A stretch of DNA of 64,000 nucleotides from Williopsis jadinii. Its lineage: Eukaryota. Location of the stretch: the NCBI GenBank assembly GCA_024346625.1, contig AP024664.1, positions 1,984,001 through 2,048,000 on the forward strand. Reading direction: 5' to 3'. How positions within the stretch are numbered: position 1 is the stretch's first letter; every line of letters begins with the position of its first letter. Shown piece after piece: positions 1 to 11,554 of the stretch. The translations under genes were made by a program, and so were the position numbers. A model generated the notes under the pieces. The model did not search any database. It was not told where the DNA came from and was given only the letters and a program-made list of their open reading frames with translations.

Positions 1-488
1 CCACGAGTCTCTTGATATCTGGCTGGCAGCGGGCAATGAAGTCAGGTCTTGGTCTGGCAATCCAATTCTTCAAGATGACAACCAGGAACAACGTCAAGCT
101 GATGGACATCACCAATGCCAGCACAGAGATGTGCAAATGGTGGAGGTTTCTCTTCTTCAAGTTCGAGAAGTTGAACTTGGCCTCGATGAGCTCTGAGAGC
201 ACGATGATAGTGCCGGGAACGATGAAGGCGAGCGACTGGCTCCCACCGTGGTTAGTACTTGTTTCTTCTTCTTCTTCTTAACAGCGTCGAAACACCGGAA
301 CAACTTACAAGACATAGGAAGTCGGAAACCTGTTCGTACTCCGTATACGGGTGCTGAAGCGAAGGATCAGTGACGTCGAATTCCCTAAGGAAAGGAGGTG
401 TCCTGTTCCCGATAAAGAGAACGTAGAACTGCAACGCTGCGCACAGACACCAGTCCTCCGTGTACTGGGCTAAAAGAGACAAAAACAT
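1..488 (-). CDS. PAP2-family lipid phosphate phosphatase (Dpp1/Lpp1-like), 5' part, two exons (488-309, 235-<1), runs off window start
   Basis: Exon 1 MFLSLLAQYTEDW...FDVTDPSLQHPY...FLCL joins in frame to exon 2 SLAFIVPGTIIVL...LKNWIARPRPDFIARCQP, which carries the PAP2 domain-1 motif KxxxxxxRP. Confidence 0.88.
236..308 (-). other. Spliceosomal intron (73 nt, phase 0) in the PAP2 gene
   Basis: GTAAGT donor 308-303, TACTAAC branch 257-251, CAG acceptor 238-236; removal restores the frame. Confidence 0.9.
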
Positions 489-773
489 TGGGGAAAACGG
501 TTCTTTCTACACAGCAAAAGCCAAACAAGCATCCGTTAACAGGTGGAAAAGGTTTCGAGAAGAAAGCTCGCCATTCTATGCCTAACGAGCCCGGAAAAAA
601 CAAAGCCTAAAGGGGAAAAAACAGCTGAGCCTGGTGGAGGCTGCGGTGGAAAAATTTTCGTGCATGTCTTAGTTCGGCGTCAATGCCCGTGTATGCACAG
701 GTGATGGGGTGGGATGAGAAGTTTTGGCTTGTTCAATGGGTTTTTGGAGAGGATTTGAAGGTGTGAAGGGTGG

Positions 774-2900
774 TCATTTCTTGGTGTTTTGATGTTCACT
801 GATGTGCAATTGGTTCATTAGATCGCTTGCCTTCATGAAGTTTGGGGAGTGGATGCCCGTGACTGGCGAGTTTGTGAGCGAGACTTGGGGGTTTTCGGCT
901 GCAGGGAAGAACCCTTCTCTGAGGGAGTGAGGTGATTCCAGGAGCTCTGCATCGAGGTCGTCCTCGTCGGAGTAGGCGGTTCCATCGTCATCCACGTCAT
1001 CATCATCTTCTTCATCTTCTTCATCTTCTTCATCTTCTTCATTGTCGTATTCGTCTTCATCTCCATCATCTTCTTCATCTTCATCACCATCGTCGTATTC
1101 GTCGTATTCGTCATCGGCATCCTTATCCTCATCCTCATCCTCATCCTCATCATATTCATAATCCTCATCTTCCTCCTCGTTGTAATCCTTCGTAACATCA
1201 TCAAGCGTCACCCTATGTGCCATCTGCGGCACATCAATAGACCCATCATCTCTGGAATCGTCACCACCGGTCTCCTCGTCGCTCAAATCGCTCAATTCCG
1301 GTAACGGTTCTCTCCAAAAGTTGACATCCGTATACGTCTCGTTGACAACACCTGTACTGACCGGTGGGAAGAAATGATCAACTAATTCGTTGATATACAC
1401 ATACGAGCTCTTCAGCCCGGCAAGCTCCAACAACTCCATGTGTACTTCACCAACTGGGTTGATCGTAAAGATCCTCGAACTTGGTATGCCAACAGATCTA
1501 TAGCTCAAGGCATCGGTAATTCTATTACCAAACCCAGCGTAGAACGGAGTCCCTAGCTCTCCATAAAGGTTCTTCAGGTCGCCTAAACACGCCATCTTGA
1601 ACACCTCTGGTTTTTTCAAGACAACCTCTCTTTTCAACGCTGCCAAGGTCCGATCTGGTGATAAAATAACAGGGCCATTTGGAAGCTGTACCCCATCCTG
1701 ATCAATCGACCGTAAGTAAGCCCTCGTGGAGTCTGCTTGGCCAACAGATCTCGCAGTTAAATACATAATATTGTATCCGTTCAGCTCAATGTCTGTGAAC
1801 AGCTTAGCAACACCAGGATGCGTCCAATCACGGCCCAGCATCGTCAAGACGTGTCCAAGCGCATCTGATTTGGTAATGGTGCCATCGATATCTGATATCA
1901 CGATTGGCACGTCATGTTTCCATAAAAACAGCTTCGAGTTGATCAGTGCTTTCCCTTTATTGACGCTGAAACAGATATCATTCTCACCTGGTTTCAAATC
2001 CAAAAACTTCAACTGGTCAGACGTTAATCTTAGAGTCTTGACGTAATTTGTCGTTGAAGATGACGTAGAAGTTCCAGTTTGGGGCTCCTCAGTATCAGAC
2101 GAACCGCTATCAACAGGTAAATCTGGTGATGTTGGTGGACTCGTAATGGATAAATCATCAGTTGAGAAAATCAGGTTCCCCTTGTCATCCTCTTTGATGA
2201 ATCGGGAAACGTCAACGTCGCTGCCAAACTCTTCGTTGATCAAATCTCTAATCATCTCGTCATTATTGTGGATGTTCTTAGCGTTGGATTTATATCCATC
2301 CATATCGAGAAACAAATCTCCGTTGTGTGCCACCGTTGTTGGTATGTTGATCTTGGTCAACTTCTTCGACAGGTTGTAGACTTTCTCCAATGTTGCCTCC
2401 CGAGACGGTGACATCGCAGGCTCTGCCAACGTAGGTGATGAGCTCATCGGATTGAACTCACCTGGGTGTACCGGTTTCGAGAGGTCTGGTGCTGACTGTG
2501 TGATGTCGAGATACTCAGGCTCTTGTAAAGAACTGTCATTCTTCTTAGGTGAGCTGGGAGGTGAGGAGGATGGCGAGCTTGCAGCTGACAGCACCGGCGA
2601 CGTTATCAGATCACTAGGAACGTCAACGTCCTTTGAGGCCTCAAACACGAAAAAGGCCTCGCCACCGTCACCAAGCTTCATGGGCAGATTGGTCATCTTC
2701 CCATTGATGATGAAGTCAACCTTCTTCTGGGAAGGACGTAGCAGTTGTAGTATACCAAAGCGAACGTGGAAGGGAGAACACGAGAGATCGCCATTCTCAT
2801 TCTCGACAACTATAACGTCTATGGCTCCTGAAAGCGTTGCAGGGTTGATGGAGTTCCAGGTCTTTGAGACCGAGTCAAAAGCACGACCAACGTATTGCAT
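774..2900 (-). CDS. PAH1: Lipin / Mg2+-dependent phosphatidate phosphatase (708 aa)
   Basis: N-LIP start MQYVGRA...NPATLSGAIDVIVV, HAD motif DIDGT, conserved FWREPLP, long D/E tract. ATG at 2900 (the track's 2915 start is TTG). Confidence 0.96.
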   Translation of the reverse strand: MQYVGRAFDSVSKTWNSINPATLSGAIDVIVVENENGDLSCSPFHVRFGILQLLRPSQKKVDFIINGKMTNLPMKLGDGGEAFFVFEASKDVDVPSDLITSPVLSAASSPSSSPPSSPKKNDSSLQEPEYLDITQSAPDLSKPVHPGEFNPMSSSPTLAEPAMSPSREATLEKVYNLSKKLTKINIPTTVAHNGDLFLDMDGYKSNAKNIHNNDEMIRDLINEEFGSDVDVSRFIKEDDKGNLIFSTDDLSITSPPTSPDLPVDSGSSDTEEPQTGTSTSSSTTNYVKTLRLTSDQLKFLDLKPGENDICFSVNKGKALINSKLFLWKHDVPIVISDIDGTITKSDALGHVLTMLGRDWTHPGVAKLFTDIELNGYNIMYLTARSVGQADSTRAYLRSIDQDGVQLPNGPVILSPDRTLAALKREVVLKKPEVFKMACLGDLKNLYGELGTPFYAGFGNRITDALSYRSVGIPSSRIFTINPVGEVHMELLELAGLKSSYVYINELVDHFFPPVSTGVVNETYTDVNFWREPLPELSDLSDEETGGDDSRDDGSIDVPQMAHRVTLDDVTKDYNEEEDEDYEYDEDEDEDEDKDADDEYDEYDDGDEDEEDDGDEDEYDNEEDEEDEEDEEDDDDVDDDGTAYSDEDDLDAELLESPHSLREGFFPAAENPQVSLTNSPVTGIHSPNFMKASDLMNQLHISEHQNTKK

Positions 2901-3730
2901 GGTTCTAGGGCCCAATTGATGGATAATATGGCGATGGAAGCTCTCTTAATCAACTGTTGCGGTGCAAGTTGTTCTTCATCTATAACAACATGTACAAGGC
3001 CTCCCTCGAGAGGCGTCAGCGATTTGTGTAAAACGAGTTCGCGGCCTCGGAATCTAGACCGTATCGCGGCGAGTTCCGAGGTCTGTCTGTGGGGCCTTGC
3101 GTTGCTATGGTGATCATTTCTTATACCCAATGGGCCATCATGAAAGCGTTGTTTAAGAGGCTTCAATTAACACCTTGGAGAGCGAGGGTTACGTGGTTTT
3201 CAATATATATTAGGAGCTTCCGGAGGCTATGGTCAGTATCTGTTGTATCGACTGAGCGCATATAATCAAAACACGATCTTTGCGTAATTGATGGTGGATG
3301 TTCGATAGGATGTTTCACTGGGAATATCAGTAGTGACATGGCTAGGAATCCAGAGTGCCAGCTATGAGAATGTGATTGAAGGCCCAGAGCTGGATGGTGG
3401 TGCTTTTTATACCTTTCTGGATAACAAGATACCAGTGCTTGTTGTGAATCCAGGATGTGAATGTATAGAGTTGATACTAGCCTAAGTTGGTTCGGAGAGC
3501 TCCATTGAGACGTAGACTAGTACGTACACAATTATCGAAAAGAGGCCCACTAGCTAATATCTCTAAGTGAACCCATTTACGACCATCAGGTGAAGCTTCA
3601 CATACTTCAGTGTAATCACGAGGCCGTCAGCCTGCGAGGGTACCACCTCCATCGAGTATTGGACCTGTGAACTTATAGCTAGATATGGGAACCATCCGAG
3701 GTTAACTCATTCGCTCTGATTGATGCTATT

Positions 3731-3827
3731 AATGAGCAAATTACTTGCAGCAACAGTGAACCTATCAAATGAGCAAATAACATGTCCTTAATGAGCAGTT
3801 TTATAAACTCCAGAGCTAGTATATAAG
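3731..3827 (+). promoter_or_regulatory. Paired Mac1-type copper-response elements plus TATA box
   Basis: AATGAGCAAAT at 3731-3741 and 3768-3778 (reverse complement contains TTTGCTCA), a partial third copy at 3790-3797, TATAAA 3802-3807 and TATATAAG 3820-3827. Confidence 0.55.
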
Positions 3828-5856
3828 AAGCTTTTAATCCATCCAAAGTTTGGCATCAGGAGTCCACCACACGGTGTATCAATCCCTCTCACTCTCTCTC
3901 TTGATGGGTCCTCTTCTACTCTCCAACAAAGTATATCGCATCTGCAAGTTGGCTGAGCACTTCAATTAAGCCTCCATTAACACAACCATGTACTGGAAAC
4001 TTACGAGTCGCCGGTGGGCCGGTACAAGCTTTTAAACTGGCCCCATATGTTCTCTCCTACACGGATCCCTACTCGGTTTTGGTTCTCTAAACCAATTACG
4101 GCTGTTTACGAATCAAGGGCTCAGGACACATGAAAACGGTCTCAGCAAAGGAGACTTTTAAAGTTGATCTTGTACGACAATTCAACCACTCACATGAAGG
4201 CGTTCCATTGGCTTATAATTGTTGAGTACGAGGTGCAAATAGTTCATGTTTCACACCCGGCTGTGAATTGCATTCTTCTCAACGAGTTTGTTTTTAGGAA
4301 ACGGCGTGGGTGTTAACTACATGTGAGTTTATGAGGTAATTTTACTGATCAATCTGATAAAATTATTGAAACTAGTGCTGATCACTATGGGACTTAATGC
4401 GCCTTAAGACATGTACAGAGACCTGGAGCGAAAGTTGTATGTGCCAGATTGAATCACATGAAATGGATGGACGAGCTGGATTCCACTAGTGTTGGTCGCT
4501 TAGGGTGACGAGGCCTTAGCAGCGTTCATGGCGCACAACGGTGTTTTGAGAAGCCCAAAGAAACGTGAGTTGATTGGTATCACATTAGTACAGCGACATT
4601 CCAAACTCTTGACCACGAACACAGCCTGATTGGTTGCATGTAAGCGTAAACTGGAACCCGAGTGGGCCCACCCAGCTTCCAAGTCCCAAACACTAATATT
4701 TGCTTGATGATTCATGAAGCACTTGAAGGACTTTGTAGGGTGCAGAAGGTTACATTTGTTTAAGGTTATGACCCTCCCTATGATTGGCTCTTTTTTTACA
4801 GAAGCCAAGAAAGGGAACCAATGACAAGCTTTGTTTATAAGTTACAGTCCCGTGCACCTTCCAATTTTGAGTATCTCGAGGATCAATTGCTGCACTGTAG
4901 TATTAGGATCTGCAGCTGCGGCTATGAGACTAGGTAGTCTCTCTGCAGTGCACTTTACGCCGTTCGCCAGTGTGCATATTGATTATCTAGATAATTTATT
5001 TGCAGTTTATTAGAAACGGCGGCTGGTTAATATTACCATGATGAAGTCCCATGGACTAATCTTGACGCGACCTGTCGGACTAGTGTTCACAAAGGCTTGA
5101 TGTTATTGAACACCCCCAACGTTCAAATTAAGTAAGTCATTACACACGCCCTTGGATGCAGGAGAAATGTAATCCATTGGCCATTTACATAAAAAGGGTA
5201 TCCAAGTTTGACGTCGTGATCATGATGGTCACGATCACCTTAAGTCCTCAGACTTGAACTGGTGGAGAAAAAAAAAAAATCTTCAATATGCACACCCCAA
5301 TTTCTCCCGCTCATTACGAACAATTGAGTATTAGGATTTTGTCCGTAAAGTCTATAGCATTAGTAGTTCCATCAGTTAATAATTAATAGCTTGCTTAGCT
5401 GTAAAAACAATGCGAAAGTGCTGCTACTCTCTTGGCCATCCAAGTTGTGATTATCTTCTGTATGATCATCTTAGTCTAGATCATCGAAAACAATATTCGT
5501 CATCACCACTTTAAAGCCCGGACTTTATAAAGTCAACCCCGTCATTAATGCTGTTAGCTACTTGATCGATCGGCCACTTGCAAGTGTAGTCCTGAGTCTT
5601 GAGTCCTGAGCGGTTTGGCTTGATAGGAGTTTTACAACCATGCACTAGACTCGGTCTTGCAGACATGATATAGACATATAGACATATAGACTTGAGATGT
5701 TTGGATGTATAGGGGGCACATTGGGAGAAGGGACAAGAGACACATGCTGGTGTAAGGCCTGAGCTCTCGTTTGGCCACAAGATCCTTAAATTGAGACATC
5801 AGGCATGGGACAAGGGACACTGTTAGCGCTTAACAAAAAATGGGACATTGGACATG

Positions 5857-5966
5857 GGACACAGGACACAGGACACAGGACACGGAACACAAAACTCAAC
5901 TCAGAGGACACAGGACACAGGACACGGAACACAAAACTCAACTCAGAGGACACAGGACACAGGACA
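5857..5966. repeat. Minisatellite: 42-bp unit built from six heptamers, about 2.4 copies
   Basis: GGACACA-GGACACA-GGACACG-GAACACA-AAACTCA-ACTCAGA at 5864-5905 and 5906-5947, partial copy to 5966. Confidence 0.95.
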
Positions 5967-7227
5967 AGAAGGAACAAGACACAACTGCTCTGTAAACACC
6001 AAGCATCCCTCAAACACTTGGCTTCCTTGATGTTCAAGAATGTACCTAGATGGAATTTTGTTTTGAGGCTAGCATAACTGTTGGGTGTGAAGCTCCCATT
6101 GGTGAATACATTAGACAGATCAGCAATAAAAACTCATTCTTTACGATACCCGGAAATTTCATCGTTCATTCGGATTAATTGCATCAGGTATAGACTACCT
6201 CATTATTAACGTTAATGAAAGGGCCTTCGGTTGGTGAATGGGAGCTATGAAACAGAACTGTCCACTGTAATACTTGAACCTTGCATCAACTCCCTCGACC
6301 ACGTTCATTTAGTACCTTAAACTAGCTAGACAATAACCACCACTACGGTGGAGCGCAGTGATAAACTGGACCACTAAGGCTTCAAACGTTGTTGTAATGA
6401 GATAGTCAAAAAGTAAATATGACATCAATTATAACTTCATACTTGAGCCTTTCTCTGATAGGATGGTTTTTCTTTGGATCTACAACTAGCAAATTTCTTT
6501 TTGACAGCCCAGCTACTTCCCAGCTCAACATCAAGAGCGGTTCATGCTTTGCATTAATTACTAAAACAATGACACAAAATAAGCTTAAAGCTCCACTGCA
6601 ACTGATAGTCCCATGAGTTTCTCTTTGGAATTCATCGGGTTCGTTATGCGAGCCACATCCTTAAATCAAAAACAAGGGTACATCGTACTGGTTTATATAG
6701 GGAGAGATATTGAATATGATTTCGCCAGGCACACACAGGTCAAAAACCGGTACCAATCACCACAATCTTGCATCACGAGTTCATGGCCTCAAGAATTGAG
6801 GTGTGGACAATTGATATCACATCCAGCTAATGTTCTGCCTCAGCTGATCAATCTGATACGCACACCTTGTTTTCATCGCGATCAAAGGAGGGGACTAGGC
6901 CATCATGCAACAACCTTAGAGAGCTTTGCATATGGTGCCCACGCCCAAAAGAATGTACGGATCAGGTGTTTTTCAAAGAAGGAAGGAAATGTCCTCCTCC
7001 ATCTTCACTCAAAAATCTATTTATCCTGCATGCCGAGAGAACTGTTGTGTGATTATTCAGATAACGTTATTTTAGACGTCGGTGACAAGAAAAATGCTTG
7101 GGCCAAGGTCTTGGGTTTCTGCTCAGTTTATTCCTAAAGGACATATAACAACATGACGTACTTAGTTTGAACTTTTGGTGAGTATCCTTGGTCTGAAAGA
7201 ACAATGATTGAACCAAGCGTGACTTGA

Positions 7228-7236
7228 TTATCTGAT
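7228..7236 (-). promoter_or_regulatory. Iron-GATA repressor site (ATCWGATAA; SreA/Fep1/Sfu1 type) upstream of FET3
   Basis: TTATCTGAT is the reverse complement of ATCAGATAA, about 705 bp before the FET3 ATG. A second exact ATCTGATAA is at 4352-4360. Confidence 0.5.
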
Positions 7237-7940
7237 GAATCTAATCTTTTTTTTACCCTCAACGACATGCTTAGGTTCAAACGGCGGTGGCATGTGCTGT
7301 GAACGTCGTCCAATTTTACGTAGTAGCAGCAGCTTTAAAAATTTTCCAAAATTGCCGAGTCCGGCCACGGCATAATCCAAATCTTTGTCTTGTGTCCTAT
7401 GCGGAAATTTTAAAGTTAACTAGACTCGCTTTGGATTGTAGCTGAAACATGGACTTGCATATCATGCAGGATATAATTGTAATTTGAGGTCCAAGTTTTT
7501 CTTCCAGTCTTGAGTCTCATGTCCGGAGTCTTGGAGCTTGAAGGACCTAATTGAATTATCTTCTGATCGGGACTGTACATGTGCAACCATGCTGCTTCAC
7601 ATCGTTGAGGACTCAAGTCTCACCTCATCTACGGCAAAGACAAAAGCAAAACACTCACAAAGGTCAAGAATAACCCAAAAGTAAGTGTGACGGTTTAAAA
7701 TGTTTGCTGCAAGGTGATTGAGTCCCATACGTACATTTTAACCTTTAATTTCACCCGGCTGCGAACTTGCAGAGGCGGTTTTTTTACACCGCTACAGAGA
7801 CTTTCTGTAAAATCTTTATCCATCCAAAAGTCTGATTATCATTCATATAAAGCTGGTGCCCATCCTTGTTTAAGTTCTCCCTCTGAAACTACTCTGAAGA
7901 TCTTTCAGATAATTCACTACTCCGCAGTCGTATACACATT

Positions 7941-9827
7941 ATGGTTAGTGTGAAGGGTTTGTTCACTGCTGGTGCCCTTGTGGGCTCTGCTCTTGCTGAG
8001 ACACATGTATACAACTGGACTGCTGCTTGGGGTACTGCCAATCTCGATGGTTATGAGAGACCAGTTATCACGTGTAACGGTGAATTCCCATGGCCAGATG
8101 TCATCGTCAACAAGGGTGATAGAGTCATTGTGCACTTGAACAATGGATTTGATGATAGAAACACTTCCTTGCATTTCCACGGTTTGTTCCAGCACGATAC
8201 TAACCAGATGGATGGCCCAGAGATGATCACACAATGTCCTGTGCCAATTGGACATACGATGACATACAACTTCACCGTTCCTGATCAGATTGGTTCATAC
8301 TGGTACCACTCCCACACAGCTGGCCAGTACATGGATGGTATGAGAGGAGTGATGGTCATCAGCGAGGATAACAACGACTACCCTTATAAACAGGGCATCG
8401 ACTACAATGAGACTGCAACGTTGACTTTCATGGAGTGGTACCATGAGCTTGCTGATGTCCTTATCCCAGACTTTTTGAACTTGTATAACCCAACAGGTGC
8501 TGAGCCAATTCCAAATAGCTTCTTGATGAATAACACACAGAACATGACATGGAGTGTTAAACCAGACACCACCTATCTCTTGAGATTGGTGAACATGGGT
8601 GCCTTTGTTTCATACTGGTTCTTCATTGAAGGTCATAACATGACTGTTGTTGAAGTGGATGGTGTTCCAGTTGAGAAGTATGAGACTGACAAGATCTACA
8701 TCACAGTTGCTCAACGTTACACTGTTCTCATCACAACTAAAGATGACACCTCCAAGAACTACGCCATCATGCAATTGGTTGATGATGGTATGCTTGACTT
8801 GATACCAAGCGGACTGCTTCTGAATACCACACACACAATGTCCTACTCCTCTGATAACGCAGAAGTTGAGGAGTACTACGTTGACTGCTTGGACGATGAC
8901 TGTTATCTCGATGATATGAAGCTCGTTCCATACGACAAAGTTGAGTTATATGACGATCCAGATCACGTTATCACCATCTCTGTGATTATGGACAACTTGA
9001 AGAACGGTGTGAATTACGCTTTCTTCAACAACATCACATACACTGCGCCAAAGACTCCAACTTTGCTCACCGTGCTGGCTGCTGGTGACCTGGCCAGTAA
9101 CGAGCTCGTCTACGGTACCAACACACATACCATTGTCTTGCAAAAGGACGAAATCGTCGACATTGTGCTGAACAACGAGGATACCGGTAAGCATCCGTTC
9201 CACTTACACGGTCACGTCTTCCAACTCATCGACAGAGGTGCTGCAGTTGATGACGATGATCCATTTGTCCATTTCGACTACGACAACCACACCGAGTTTG
9301 CTGAGTACCCAATGATGCGTGATACTGTTTATGTGCGTCCACAGTCCAATATTGTGATGCGGTTCAAAGCTGATAACCCGGGAGTGTGGATGTTCCACTG
9401 TCACATCGAATGGCACTTGGTACAGGGTCTTGCTCTTGTTCTTGTCGAGGCCCCAGAGGAGATCCAGAATACTGAATCCCAGCAACTTACCCAACAACAC
9501 ATTGACAACTGTGAGGCTAACGGTATCAACGTGAAATCCAATGCTGCTGGTAATACCGAGAACTTCCTTGATCTGACTGGCCAGAATGTTCAGCATGGTG
9601 ATATTCCAGATGGATTCACCGGCAAGGGTATTGTTGCAATGGTTTTCTCATGCATCGCAGCCATTCTTGGTCTCATCACCATCGCAGTCTATGGCTTGAT
9701 GGATATCAAGAACTTGGAAGTTGAAGTTGCACAGGACTTGGGTGTCGTAGAAGACCTACAAAATACAGAGGATGTAGTTGTTGAGGAAACTTCCTCTAAA
9801 CAGAGCTCAGCTGAAGGTAAGTATTGA
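7941..9827 (+). CDS. FET3: Multicopper ferroxidase (628 aa)
   Basis: Signal peptide; Cu motifs HFHG, WYHSH, HPFHLHGH and HCHIEWHLVQGL; Fe-site acidic residues in GAEPIP, MLDLIP and DTGKHPF; C-terminal TM helix. Confidence 0.93.
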   Translation: MVSVKGLFTAGALVGSALAETHVYNWTAAWGTANLDGYERPVITCNGEFPWPDVIVNKGDRVIVHLNNGFDDRNTSLHFHGLFQHDTNQMDGPEMITQCPVPIGHTMTYNFTVPDQIGSYWYHSHTAGQYMDGMRGVMVISEDNNDYPYKQGIDYNETATLTFMEWYHELADVLIPDFLNLYNPTGAEPIPNSFLMNNTQNMTWSVKPDTTYLLRLVNMGAFVSYWFFIEGHNMTVVEVDGVPVEKYETDKIYITVAQRYTVLITTKDDTSKNYAIMQLVDDGMLDLIPSGLLLNTTHTMSYSSDNAEVEEYYVDCLDDDCYLDDMKLVPYDKVELYDDPDHVITISVIMDNLKNGVNYAFFNNITYTAPKTPTLLTVLAAGDLASNELVYGTNTHTIVLQKDEIVDIVLNNEDTGKHPFHLHGHVFQLIDRGAAVDDDDPFVHFDYDNHTEFAEYPMMRDTVYVRPQSNIVMRFKADNPGVWMFHCHIEWHLVQGLALVLVEAPEEIQNTESQQLTQQHIDNCEANGINVKSNAAGNTENFLDLTGQNVQHGDIPDGFTGKGIVAMVFSCIAAILGLITIAVYGLMDIKNLEVEVAQDLGVVEDLQNTEDVVVEETSSKQSSAEGKY

Positions 9828-9982
9828 AATCCAAGTAGACAATCTGTTGCTCTTGTTCTCTTTTGTTTAATTTATGACGAATACAATTTATGCCTTGATG
9901 CCTTCTTCGAATGCTATGAACTAAGTTACAAGCTCATGGAATCATCCAGCTTTAAGAGAGAAAAAACACAACATTCAAATGA

Positions 9983-11554
9983 TTATCTAATGACGAAGTC
10001 GCCAACGCTGGTGACGTACTTTACACCCTTGTATGGGTTGACATTAAGACCACTGACCTTCACAGAAGAGACGCGGATTCCACTAGGAAGAGCACCTTTC
10101 ATCGTATAATCCAACGCAATCGTCTTTGGCCAATGAGGTATAGGTAGAACAGAGTCATCGTCCTCCTGTTCTTTAGATTTCGGGTTGGAGTCTGGCAGCT
10201 CTACAACGCCTCGAAGTAAGGCATTGGTTCCAAGAGACATCTCTGTATCGAAAACCCATTCGAACGTGCCCTGGGACTTTGTTTGCAGATCACCATGGCT
10301 CAACCTGAGGATCTTCACAGTAGCACCGGTTTCTGTTGAGATGGTGATCTTCAAGTTATCTACTTTAGACACGTTCCTCAACATGTTAAGCTTGACACCG
10401 ATTTCAAACTCATTCTTCTTCACTCCCAATCCTTGTCTAAACTCAGGGATCACGACACCATAGTTTCTGTGTGCTTTGGAGGAGCTATACTGGTCAAGGT
10501 CCAATGTGTATTGCATCAAGGTGGACTTACCATCTGGGGGTATAAAGGAGACTGTGTCTCCGTTGTTTAACCATCGATCCAGTCTAACACATCTGTGGAA
10601 GGATGGATTCTCGAGACGATGTCCGTTCAAGTTGAAGTTGATTACCACGTCAGGCACACCACTGAGGTGTGAAGTGAAGTCGACTTGTCCTTCGAGGACA
10701 GCCATTTTGGTGAAGAGTTCCTGGGTGTACTGCTGCTGCTGCTGCTGCTGATATTGTCCTTTCAGTAAAGTTTTCTTTTGTCTATGATGACGAGGTGAAA
10801 GCACAACGTTGATACGTTCAGTGATATCAACAAAGAGTTCATTTTGGGTGTACTTGACATTAGGACGTCTCCACGGGACGTTTCTCTGAATGCCATTACT
10901 CATGGTCTCAACCTGCTGATGAGCCGAATAGCTCTTCGCCAGCTGGTTCGTAGTGCTCAAGATCCTAGAGGACCAAGTCGATTTGAAAGGAACGTACTCC
11001 TTCAACGCGTTGATGTCAGTGATATATGGTGCTCCAGCTTGCACAAGCTCCTGCATCAAGTTACACATGATATCGTAGTTCGCTTCAATAGTCAGAGTGG
11101 ACAGCGCAAAGTAGTCCTGCAACACGTCCAACCATCTATCCAAGAAGATGAGAACGATCTCCGGGTTGGTGGGTACAATCTCCTGCTCCTTTGTAGAGTG
11201 TTGCAAGGACTCCACGGTGGATTCATCGTCATCTCTAAGAGTTTGCAGCTTCAGTTGCTTAGGGTCTGACGAACGCACAAATGCCAGCGCACTAACACGG
11301 CCCTTTGTCACTCTCACAACGGAATGCGTGCCAGACACCTGAACCACCGGCGATTCCACCACCTGTGACGGGCCTTTCACGAGTGACAGCATCGTGGAGA
11401 ACGATGGTGCGCCGGGTGATGTTGGATACTCAAATATCAAAGCACTGGGACATTGGTCAGTAAACGAGCCAATCAGCAGCCAATCAGCAGCCTCACAGCA
11501 CTGGTGCACTTACTCTCGTTCATCCGATAGGTAGAGACCTTCAATTGTGGCCAT
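9983..11554 (-). CDS. APM3: AP-3 adaptor mu subunit (about 500 aa), two exons (11554-11514, 11444-9983)
   Basis: Spliced N-terminus MATIEGLYLSDERDALIFEY; VPWRR...YTQNELFVD, SFHRCV, FIPPDG and YKGVKY motifs of the mu-homology domain. Confidence 0.88.
11445..11513 (-). other. Spliceosomal intron (69 nt, phase 2) in APM3
   Basis: GTAAGT 11513-11508, TACTGAC 11462-11456, CAG 11447-11445; the unspliced frame hits TAA immediately. Confidence 0.88.

Noticed and set aside
5857..5966. CRISPR-like repeat-spacer array
   Set aside because: The units are identical tandem copies with no unique spacers, the context is eukaryotic, and there are no cas genes.
6613..7137. 174-aa ATG ORF upstream of FET3
   Set aside because: No recognisable motif, no codon bias like neighbouring genes, and it overlaps probable promoter GATA sites; likely a chance ORF.
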